Source: Gnetum montanum (lineage: Eukaryota > Plantae > Gnetophyta). Taken from it: DNA of 64,000 nt. The notes under the pieces were generated by a model. The model was not told the origin of the DNA. It worked only from the letters and a program-made list of their open reading frames with translations, and ran no database searches. Positions 26,601 through 35,800 of the stretch are shown piece by piece; position 1 is the first letter of the stretch, and each line of letters opens with the position of its first letter. The position numbers and the translations under genes are program-made. The stretch is from NCBI GenBank assembly GCA_015680685.1, contig MNCI01003158.1:191309-255308 (forward strand), read 5' to 3'.

Positions 26601-27209
26601 ATGGTCTTGTACAGGTAAATATATAAATTCAGTTTATTCTAGCTTATCAATAAGCTTTTTCATGTATTTTATTTGATATATTAACAAAAGTATTTGTCTG
26701 TTAAGCATAGTTTGCCCAAGAGTATGTGCAAACAGGCCGAGTGCACATGAATAAAATTTTTATACCTGGAAAGATTTCCATGCCTGCGAATCCGACTGAG
26801 TTGATTCAACTTGAATCTATCCACAAGGTTATTTAATTTGATCATTCGTCCCCGATAGAGATTAGGGTATTGGACCAGTTACTTCATCTTTTATTAGATC
26901 GCTTACTTATTATTATGTATGCTACCACAGGTTTTAGATCTATATGTTTGGCTAAGCTTTCGAATGGAAAGCAGTTTTCCAGATCGTGAGCTTGCAACTT
27001 CACAGAAAGAACTTTGTTGCATGTATAAATTTTCCGTACATTTTAGATTTAACAAGCAATTTTCGAAAGCTTTTCTATTGCTATTTTTATTATTCTTAAA
27101 TATTAACTACGTAACTTCCAGGTTGATTGAAGAATATTTAGAAAAAGTTGAAAAGCAACCTGCTACGAGACCTATAAAAGGACGCAAAATAATAGGCAGG
27201 CGACGATGA
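5534..27209 (+). CDS. SUV3: SUV3-like mitochondrial DExH-box RNA helicase (DExH16-type), 3' 11 exons; 5' part outside window
   Basis: Spliced 1038 nt = 345 aa plus TGA, with all GT-AG junctions and consistent phases; motifs YERLSPL, GDCIVAFSR, YGSLPPETR, VASDAVGMGLNL, KQIAGRAGRYG, LESIHKVLDLYVWLS. Confidence 0.95.
5860..5937 (+). CDS. SUV3: SUV3 exon (KQIESHTKHLCSVVYGSLPPETRTRQ)
   Basis: cag| acceptor, |gtaaac donor, 26 codons, YGSLPP motif. Confidence 0.95.
6185..6500 (+). mobile_element. Possible decayed PIF/Harbinger transposase fragment
   Basis: WIIGDSA*KL followed by TRSMASERIFKII*N* resembles the GDSAY...ERAFGxLKxRF catalytic motifs; very degenerate. Confidence 0.35.
6796..6952. repeat. 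Two tandem ~80-bp G-rich units
   Basis: TTTCACCCCCCT-GATTT-TGATTGAGGGG...CATTTTGGTGTGAGG occurs twice. Confidence 0.75.
7709..7877 (+). CDS. SUV3: SUV3 exon (ARMFND...VASDAVGMGLNLNIHRIIF...KQIAG)
   Basis: cag| acceptor, |gtctga donor, helicase motif V and start of motif VI. Confidence 0.95.
8961..9073 (+). CDS. SUV3: SUV3 exon (GRAGRYGSMFPNGEVTC...SPLVE)
   Basis: cag| acceptor, |gtaaaa donor, motif VI. Confidence 0.95.
9212..9299 (+). mobile_element. Short 3' end of an RTE-clade LINE
   Basis: LNRGDWWKRTHIAD-like C-terminus, then TTGGGACAAGGCT and a (TTG)n-like tail; TAAAAATT on both flanks. Confidence 0.6.
9566..14900 (+). mobile_element. Near full-length decayed L1-clade LINE (LINE-a): ORF1, endonuclease, RT, zf-RVT and an extra C-terminal module
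   Basis: ORF1 GPWFF..WVRIS and CGKACHVTADC knuckle; EN ILSWN, QETK, TWCN, SDH; RT QAGFVKGRYIQD, KLDIMKAYDTVSW, HYVDDTILF; CPLC..EETVAHFIWQC finger; many stops and frameshifts. Confidence 0.92.
14905..15230 (-). mobile_element. Pro-rich G/C-skewed segment, possibly the 3' part of another LINE in opposite orientation
   Basis: Minus-strand PPRGHAPPPKPMPPPPSL frame ending in a C-rich UTR-like tract; it abuts an assembly N. Confidence 0.3.
15710..16177. repeat. Tandem duplication of a ~239-bp unit
   Basis: CAATGCT-CTTCTTTTCTTATTGATTC...GTTGGTCTACCTACAC at 15710-15940 and 15949-16177. Confidence 0.9.
16216..17113 (+). repeat. 5' LTR of the CRM-like element
   Basis: TGATGAGGAG...GGCTTCACATCA; matches 19105-19918; TATAAATA at about 16686. 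Confidence 0.92.
17117..17128 (+). promoter_or_regulatory. Primer-binding site (initiator tRNA-Met type)
   Basis: TGGTATCATAGC 3 nt after the LTR, one mismatch to TGGTATCAGAGC. Confidence 0.85.
19105..19918 (+). repeat. 3' LTR of the CRM-like element
   Basis: Preceded by PPT AAGGGTGGGAGAGA (19091-19104); TGATGAGGACATC...CACATCA. Confidence 0.92.
20495..20583 (+). mobile_element. Degenerate Au-like SINE 3' half
   Basis: AGGC..GCTTATC..CCCTTCTGGGACCTTGC..GAGCATTGTGGCTCTGGGTAATGATCCTTT resembles the Au SINE body and T-tail as I recall it. Confidence 0.4.
20585..20840. mobile_element. Tourist-like MITE (PIF/Harbinger superfamily)
   Basis: TIRs GAGCCTGTTTGGTTG / CAACCAAACACGCCT (12/15), TTA target duplication on both sides, 256 bp. 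Confidence 0.85.
22115..22195 (+). CDS. SUV3: SUV3 exon (AAGLFPTYELL...KSIL)
   Basis: aag| acceptor (the only in-frame AG of three nearby), |gtaagt donor, AGLFP motif. Confidence 0.92.
23109..23994 (-). mobile_element. 5'-truncated non-LTR retroposon (LINE 3' end) with poly(A) tail and TSD
   Basis: T-run 23109-23119 is the A tail on the minus strand; TSD TG(T/C)GGGTTTTA at 23098-23108 and 23995-24005; GC-rich insert within an AT-rich intron. Confidence 0.9.
23364..23993 (-). pseudogene. Retroposon-encoded coiled coil plus C-terminal DnaJ-like J-domain (HPD intact)
   Basis: One frame with no frameshift and 7 internal stops, each one C-to-T from Gln/Arg codons; the last 104 codons are open and include CPYLILGISCDSSWGELRHHNRRTSAHFHPDGGTSPADRNRRESAMQGIQQAASFMDTEDHQNTLD; HPD at 23537-23529. 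Confidence 0.8.
24901..24966 (+). CDS. SUV3: SUV3 exon (TYFIENAELSSNYFLVNCDAML)
   Basis: cag| acceptor, |gtaaag donor, 22 codons. Confidence 0.93.
25080..25144 (+). CDS. SUV3: SUV3 exon (AAANVIDDLPLRLQEKYLFCTS)
   Basis: cag| acceptor, |gtatat donor, ends in phase 2. Confidence 0.93.
25676..26095 (-). mobile_element. 5'-truncated RTE-clade LINE
   Basis: MLRWLLNVRRKHKLYN..VASISNKI, shifted-frame LRWLGHVQRR, 3' motif TTGTTAGGACAAGGCTAGG followed by a (ATG)n tail. Confidence 0.8.
26569..26614 (+). CDS. SUV3: SUV3 exon (SPIDMDDKICVDGLVQ)
   Basis: cag| acceptor, |gtaaat donor. Confidence 0.92.
26711..26827 (+). CDS. SUV3: SUV3 exon (FAQEYVQTGRV...LESIHK)
   Basis: tag| acceptor, |gttatt donor, 39 codons. 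Confidence 0.93.
26931..27022 (+). CDS. SUV3: SUV3 exon (VLDLYVWLSFRMESSFPD...)
   Basis: cag| acceptor, |gtataa donor, SUV3 C-terminal motif LDLYxWLS. Confidence 0.92.
27122..27209 (+). CDS. SUV3: SUV3 terminal coding exon (LIEEYLEK...GRRR*)
   Basis: cag| acceptor, LIExxL motif, basic tail, TGA 27207-27209. Confidence 0.88.
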
Positions 27210-30200
27210 TTCTCTCTTCAAAATTGGACCCTCATAATGCAACTTCTCCAAGAAATTCCGTTATTGAAAGCTCAAAGAAGCAAAAATCCTTGCACTAATA
27301 TCATGGTATTAATTTGTACAATAGCATAATATTCCTTTATTTTTCTATGATAATGCTATTATTAAATGGATCCCTCAGGTTGAGGGCCTTTCATATGAAA
27401 TGTTGTAACGGTAGAAAGGCACCCTGTTCTCCAGGACCTGTAAATGTTAAGACGGTTAATGATCGATGCTTACAAATTATATGTTATAAAGAATTTATGA
27501 AAATGGTTTTCCTGGGATTTCATCAAATCTTATGGTTTATTGTGTCTTTTAATGCATTAAAATTTATAGTAGTTGATACTTTGAATTAAGGGAAGGAATT
27601 CTAAATTAGAAAGTAAAGCGCATCTTTATGGATGCGCATACCCTATTGAATTTCCCATTCTCAACAGTAAGAATTGCAACACAATAAGGTAATCTGCCTG
27701 GGTCTTCTTGGTGGTCACGGTTCCGCAAGAAAAATGGACTGTTATTTATCTTTTCAAAAGGTATAGAAAGAGAAAATCGTCGTACCTCTTAATTGCAGGG
27801 CCTTATGTTCTTCATTGTGAAGGGTATCAAAGATTTTGGAGCCGTATTGTTGACAAAGCTTAGTGTTCCAGTTCGAGGCTGCATAGGCCCTTTGAATCTG
27901 CATATTGGGCCTTTTTTTGGTCGCCTGGTGAGCCAGCTAACCCCTACTTTGCCTGGATTTCTTTATCATATTTTGTAAGTTTCTATATTTACATCTCAGT
28001 TTTTTCTTTAAAAAAAAAAAGAAGCTTAGCGGCATTTGGCAGAGTGGATAGGAAAGATGTTTTGATTGTTACCAAGCCATTGTTATCATCATCATGAACA
28101 TATCCCAAAGTGCATTAGGTCATATCGAATAGTTTTCTCTGTTTGCTGCTCTGCTGACCGTTTTGCGGCTTTTCACCCTGGAAATCTCTGACGTGCGTGA
28201 GGCTTTGGTTCCGTTGTTTTCGGCGTTCGGCTGCATCACGGTCACGAGGGCTTCAGGTCCTCGTGGGTTGCTGCGTTGCACGGCGACACTATTGTTCTGC
28301 TGCGTTGCACGGTGACACTATTGTTCCCAATTTTCTGCTGTGCTTCAGGTCCTTGCGGGTTGTTGCGTCCTCATGGGCTACTATGCTACGTTGCGCTGCG
28401 GGTTCGGTGTCTTTGCTGCTGCTGAGTGTTTTTTCAGCGACTAAGGTTTTCCTCTGCAGTCGCTGCTGTTGCAGCCATCGTTGTGCTCGCCTGGTGGGTT
28501 GGTGCGATAGCTGGAGGTGTTGTTCTGTGCATTTGGCGTTGTGGTCGGTGACTAATTTCAAGCGTTGCATGCAGTTTTGTGCTGTGGGGGTGCAGTGGTG
28601 ATGTTCACTCGTTCCACGGCGGTCTATGGTCTCGCTGGAGCTATGAGCTCAACTTTGCACACGTTTTGCAATGGCAGCTTTATTTGATTCTGCTCCCCAT
28701 TAGGGAAGTTAAATTTTTTAACTTGTTCAAAATAGATTTTCTATCGGACGATATTTTTGACGTAGTTTCTAAAGATTTTGCAATGTACTTTATTTTTCTT
28801 TAAATAGTGGGTTTTCTACTCAGGTAAGGTATCTGAGTATTAATACGTGAATCTAAAGTCTTCTTTAGCCCCCTGGCATTCAAGTTTTTCATGCTCATTA
28901 CTACGTTTAGAACTTTATTTTGGTGAAACTATTCAAATTAGGTTGAGAAGGTACATTATCTCAAAATTTTTCTAACACGGAATGCAACTCTAATTGCGTG
29001 TGCTTGGAGATTTGACTTTAATGTTAATGACCTACCATATAACATAGTTTCTTGTTATGCAAAACTCTTAAATCTTCCACTCATTTTTTCATCTGTTGGT
29101 CCTATTATTTTTGACCATAGCACTATGATCAATGAAACTCAAATTTGTTGCTATTGTATCGAACTTGATATAGCTCTTAAGAAGACCTCATTGACCTTCA
29201 ATTGGTGAAAAACTCTTCATTCAAAAATTTGATTATTTTTATTTTCCAAACTCATGTAGCTACTATCATTGGACTGAGCATCATATCTTGGTGTGTCTCT
29301 TCTTAGCGAAGAAAAAACAATTCATTGTGTTTCAAAAAACTTGATCCCCAAACACTATCCTACCCATCATCAGAATCCTTTATGTTTAGAACCTCTTCTA
29401 CAATAGCTCCAAAGTCTTCCTCTTTGTCTGACCTCTCCAAAGTACAAGTGCCACAGTTGGGTGCACACACCTCAGCACATGTCATCTCCTCAAAGTCATT
29501 CAAGGACTTTGTCTTGGGTGAGGAATTTGTGATGGGCAGTGGAAAGAAACGAGTCAAAGCTTTCTCCCTTACAACTCCACCCTCCACTTCCTCTCCACTA
29601 AACACTTTCATAGCCCTTGTTACTACAAACAACTATGGGCAGGGTCGGGTGGGTGCGGGTAGTGCAGGGGAAGTGTCTTTTCAACTGCCAAATTCCGAGT
29701 ATCAGACTTGGTTCACATTTAAGAAAAAGTTCTACCTCTTTGATGGGATGGATGTCTCTGCTAACGATCCCCTTCATAGATTTACTTAGAGCAATCTTCG
29801 TATTGGGCAGGCTTGCCTTTATAGTAGGTTAGACAGGTTTTATTTTTTCACCCCAACACCTACCACACCCCCACCCCCTCTCTTTTTTTTTTTTTTTTTT
29901 NATAGGCTTTTAGATTAGGTGGATTGGATTCAATGGTGGCATTGTGTTTCTTGTAAAGTGTGGAACTTTGCTTATTTGTATGGTAAGGTAGTGGCTGCTC
30001 GGGCCAAACAAGAGTACAACAACATTCACCTTACTATTGAACATTTAACTAATAGATTAACTCAAGATCTTTTCAACACTCTTGTTCACGAGGAGTTAGA
30101 TAGAGCTCGGTTAGCCTTCCAAAAATGGGAAGTGTATAAAATCTTAACGTGGTGTATAAAATTTGGACCAAGCGCTTAGCCTTACAATTGAAAAAAATTC

Positions 30201-31877
30201 TTGACCACATTATATCTCCCTAGCAAACAGGATTTGTTCCTGGTAGATATATTTTAAACAATGTGATTGCTACATGGAAAGGTCTCAAGTGGGCGGAGGA
30301 TGATGGTCAAGATATTCTCCTAATGAAGCTTGACTATGCCAAGGCCTACGACAACATAAAGTGGGATTTTATTCTGTAGACCATGACTAAACTTGGTTTT
30401 GGCCCCAAGTTCCTACATATGGTGAAATGCTTATTCTTGGAAGCTACTGCAAGAATAGCCACTACCTTCAGCATCACCTCTCCCTTTCTTATCCATAGGT
30501 CAATGTGGCAAGGATGTCCTCTTGCCCCTTACCTATTCATCATCACAGTTGACTTTTTCTATCATTAATTAAACTATGATATTCAAAATGAAGTTCTCAT
30601 TGGTGTCCACCTCTTTTCACCTCAACATTAGTTTTTTAACATGCATTTCGTTGACAACTCCTTTTTTCTTGTTCAAAACACTACTACTAATTTGCATTAG
30701 CTCTTAACCCAGGTGGAGCAATATTGCTCACTCTTAGGTTCCTCTATTAATTAGAACAAATCTTTTGTTTATAGCTTTACCAGTAATTATAGTTATGTGA
30801 CCAACAATAATTGGAAGCTTCTTTGGGATCAAGACATCATTAAGATTCTAGAAATTCCCTCCCATTTTAGAGGTTCTACCTTTGTTCTCTAGGAGCATGT
30901 TATTCTTTAGATTCAAAAGAAACTTGAAAAATGGAAGACTAAACCCCTCACTCTAGTTGTTTAGTACCTTGTATGTAAGTCTATATGTGTGTCTACCCAT
31001 GTGTATTACTCTTCATGTTGGGCCCCCTCCCAAGTTGCTTATCAGAAGCTTGAAAAATTATTTTGTGACTTCATGTGGTCCTCTAAAGATTCTCAGAAAG
31101 GCTTCCATCGTGTTGCTTGGAATATTGTTACTCTTCCTAAGAATAAGGGCAGCTTAGGTCTTTTGAACTCTTAAGTAGAGGATTACCTTAGTTGCTAAGT
31201 GGTTGGTCTAGCATCTAGATGCCCAAACATTATTGGGACTCTTCTCCAATTAAGGCTTCAACAAGCATTTCCCAAAAATAAGCCCTTTTGGAAAGAAATC
31301 CATTTCTTAATTGGATCCTTTCCCCCTACACTATTGTTATTCCTGGATCTCATGTTTTCAAAAGCATCTTAAGGGCTTGCCAAATTTTACCCTGTTATAT
31401 AGATTGGACTAATGTCAAGATCAATCCTACTCTTCTCTCTAAGTTGTGTCCCTAGTGGTTATTTTCTTGCTAGTTCCTCTTGCCTTTACAAATGCTAAGG
31501 TTGCTACCTCTTGGTATCAAAAGGGATTATTTCTCTAAGTTGTCTTCAACTTGCGACTTAAATGGATTTCGGGAGTTAAGTTTAATAAGCTGTATGAGAT
31601 GTCTAAAGTAATGCACCATTGCCTAGCTCGGGTTTATACCTTCATTCATTGCCATTTGTAGCTAGACATTTCGGTGCAAAGCACTTTTCATGGCCTTTAA
31701 TGGATTAATGAGTTGAAACTTCTACCCTACAAGCCGCATGTCCCCTTTCACCTTGTACATGACTCATCAAGTATCATTCAACGATGTAACAAGTCTTGGC
31801 ACAAACAAGCGTTGAAACAATGCTAAATCCTCCTCTTCCAACGTATTTGAAAATTATCGACTCTCCTTAAAATTAAG

Positions 31878-32612
31878 TAATGAGCCACGATATCGCGTCC
31901 ACGATATCATGGCCTTCCATGCGATATCACGTACACGATATCGCAGCCTGCCTCGTTGCCTATAAATAAGAGGCGGGCACACTTGGTTTCCATAGTTAGT
32001 CTTAGTCCCTCATCCAAACTCTTGCCTTTTCTCCCTCTGAGTTAGAATTATTTCTATGTGCCCGCAGTAGGAATCATAAAGTGAACGGATCTTTATTTGA
32101 GCATTGTGTACCTAAGCATACCTTGTGTATGGCAAAAAAGATGAACTTTGTGATAAACCTTGTAGCATTCAGAATAGATTAATTAATGTTAATTATTGTT
32201 ACTTAATACTTTCTGTAGTTAATTAATGATTCTCTCTCACCCTACAACTCTCTTAAGTAAGCACACACAGTACGATCACTTCGAGCATGCGTGTAACACT
32301 TGGTAACCTAGTAACAATTAGCATTTGGTAATCCTAGTAGTGTTGCACTAGTTTAGGGTGTGTACGGCAAGTGAGAACAGATACTGATGTTAGGATCAGT
32401 TAGAGCCTAGTTAATAAGTAGTCAAATTAAATTAGTTATTTATTATCTCTCTCCTCCCTTATTAGCAGTAGGACATAAAAACATAAAAAAGTATAAAAAT
32501 CATATGCCTCAAGTTTACTTAACCATAATTGTGACATACAAGTAAGCTTGGGAAGACAACGATTGATCAGCCCATTCTTGTTCCACAAAGACGCATAAGC
32601 ACTTAGTCCTTG
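31878..32612 (+). repeat. 5' LTR of the Athila-like element (3' end and PBS deleted)
   Basis: Aligns to 40164-40886, then homology stops abruptly. Confidence 0.9.
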
Positions 32613-32812
32613 AAAAAGGAACATGAACACATAACAAAGATGGACATTCCGATCGTAATCGCAATCGAGGCCGTGACCACTGAAGAGAAGGAAGCAGGCA
32701 CTGACATGGTGACAATCCTCCTTCTTCTTCACCTTTTTCGTCTCCTTCACCTTCTCCTTCAAGATTTGGACACAGTCACAAGGAAAAAGACCATGAGGAT
32801 AAGGGTAGGAAA

Positions 32813-35800
32813 ATGGGAGTCATAGACAAAATATTCAAGAAAGGGGACAAGGGCACTCTAGAAACACACTGTAAAAGAAGGGAGAGTAGGGGACAACATA
32901 GGCATCATAGACGCCACAGATGGGACGATCACGATGAACCCCTGCTCACTACTCGAAGCATGCTAGACATATTTGAGGTTGTTAGAATCCCAACAAGGCA
33001 CCAAAAAGATAGTAGAATCAAAAGATTAGACATGAACAACATCTCACGATTTGAAGGGGGGTACAACGCTGATCCTCAAAATCATCTACAAGCATTTCAT
33101 GATGCATGTGCCTTACAAAACATAGAAAGCGAATGGCAAAAACTTAAGTTGTTCCCACAAACACTAGTCAAAGAAGTAGAGAGCTGGTACCGGTCCTTAG
33201 AACCAGAATTCATTCGTAGGTGGAGTACCATCTTAGAATTGTTTAATGATAAGTACCAAACATACTCCTGAGTATCCAACTTGCGAAAGCAAATCCAAGG
33301 ATGGAAACAAAGAGGCCATGAACCCTTGGATGCTGCCATGGGCCGCTATTAAGCACTGTTACATCATTGTCCTAGCCCATTTATTCGCAGAGGGATCAAC
33401 TATGCCATCTCGTAGATGGGCTTAGGCATGAAACACGAAGAACCCTTGGGATATATGCCCAAGGGAGGCTATCTGAGCTTAGGACCCATCAAGTTCAAAT
33501 ATTATTGGAGCAAGTTGCTAAAGAAGAAGGTGAGCTAAGGAAAAGAGAGAGTGCGGAGGAATATAACAGAGATCCTTCCCTCCGAAAGAGGGAAGTAAGA
33601 TTTTGTGAGTATGAAGAAGAGTCACCACTCGAAGAGATGGTGAATAGGAAAACCCTGCCTATCCAAAAATTAGTATCGAAAGTATCGACAAAGGTAGACC
33701 AAATGTGGGATTCCTTAGATGATAGATTTCAAATCATCCTTAAAATAGTAGAAGAGTCTAGAGAGTAAGGTAGCGATTGTGAAAAGAGAAAAAAGAGAGA
33801 AACTAAACATGCATGTAACAAGGGTAAGGGAAAAGTTACCATCATTGAGGAGGTTGTAGATTCAGATACAGACAATGATAGTGAATGCGAGATATGCCAA
33901 TATGATGATCCTAAGGGATGTTGCCCTATAATCTTAGATCTGCAGGAGTCTGGGGTGTATGCACTCAACCCACGATTAAACAAAAGGCAAACACCTTGAA
34001 GGTTACCTTATCCTCAAGGTAACTTAAGATAGTTCCACCAACCCTTAACATATCATCCAAGTGGAACTCCACCACAACCGATCGAGTAGTATCAACAATG
34101 GCAGTACCCAAAATTATGGAGAATGCCATCACCAAGGCAACAGTATCCTTACTGACAACCTAACCTATATGGATATTACATACAACAACCAATCTCTCCA
34201 CGTGACTCTACTGGTCACGTTACTCCTCAACCTCACTACCAAGCTCGTGAGTATTATAGGACTCCTTCTCCTAGGGGCGACGTTCCACAAACATACCATC
34301 CTTCTCATTCGGCTCCACCTCTTCCACCCTTAACTCCATTACCACCTACTCCAGCTATGCAAGGTGAACTCCCTACCCAGCCACAACAACGTAATGCCAC
34401 AAGGGCTATTAACCCTCAACCTACTGTTGGTTTTGACAACTGCATGAAGAAAAGACCTTTCTTTAGAACCAACAGTCCAACTAAGCCCTTGTAACCACAA
34501 GCGGCTGATTCTTCAACCACCTCACTATCACTTGAAGCTTTGGAGCTCCCTTCAACCCAAAAACCGTGCTCAACGCATACGGTCATGTTAACTCATGCCA
34601 TCACCTATTGGATAAAAGTTGGCCATCTTCCTAGGAAATTGTTTGATCTTCGGAGTGCTTTGATATATCTACAAATCATTGGAAATGAGCCATGAAAAAC
34701 TCTTTTAGATTCAGGTATTGGTGTCAACTTAATTTCTCAAGAAATGTACAAGGCCTGAAACCTACCTCCGCTAAAAAAGAGTAACATCCGTTTAGAGTTG
34801 GTCGGCTAATCCATCACTGTCCCATTGGGACTAGTGGAGGACATTGTCATCATTGTTTATGGGTGGTTGTATCCAGCTAACTTCCTAGTGATTAAAGTGA
34901 ACAACGGTAAGGGGAACTTTCCAATCATAATGGAAAGAGCATGGCTAAGCACAATTGACATGTGTTTAGGAATCTGTGATCTTTCCCTGGAAATATCAAA
35001 TGAAAATACATTTGGAAAGATCGAGAAGAAGAAAGTTCCATACATCGCATATAGTGACACATGGTGTAATTACGTGTGGAAGTCATGGTTTGTACAATGT
35101 TTAACATTGCCTGCATGCAATCAGTGTACATAAGTGACTGATATACAAAGATGCCTATATGTAGCAGCCACAAGACAGGAAGACACATAGAGGCTGACAG
35201 ATGATCAAGAGAGCAGTTCAACTATATGCATGGAACCAACTGAGGGTTTGACTTGCGCTTACATCGATAGCATAGACACATTAGAGCAAGTCCATCGCCA
35301 ACTTCCAAGTCTTGACCTTGAAAATATCAAATGGGGGAAGTTGGAAATCCCTAAGAAGTTTAAGCAAGAGCCTCTTGAGCTAAAACCATTGCCCATTGGT
35401 ATGGAATACACATTTCTTAAAAATGGAAAATCGGTAATTATTAACGTGAACCCTACTCCTCAACAAAAAGAAAAACTGCTGAAAGTGATAAATAAATGGT
35501 TGAAAGCCTTCGCTTGGTCATATCCCAAATTAACAAGATATGCCAACATAGAATTTACACTGACCCCTCCATGAAGCCTCGAAGACAACCATAGAGGTGA
35601 TTGAACCCAAAGCTGAAGTAAGTAGTTAAGGAAGAAATTGAACAGCTTCTAAAGGCTGGGTTCATCTATCCCATTGCTGATAGCGAATGGGTTAGCCCCT
35701 TAGTTGTAGTGCCTAAAAAGGGAGGCAAATGGAGGGTGTGCATAGATTTCAAGCTACTAAACATGGTAACATTCAAGGACCACTTTCCGTTGCCATTCGT

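Noticed and set aside
27023-27121. U12-type intron
   Set aside because: The donor GTATAAAT does not match GTATCCTT and there is no clear TCCTTAAC branch site.
27210-27330. Open frame continuing past the SUV3 TGA (stop readthrough)
   Set aside because: Short, unrecognisable, ends in a stop with or without the candidate splice; the protein already ends where SUV3 orthologs do.
28197-28601. 134-aa Cys/Arg-rich ORF and its antisense partner
   Set aside because: It lies in the GC-rich LINE-b leader and includes a short tandem duplication; composition explains the lack of stops.
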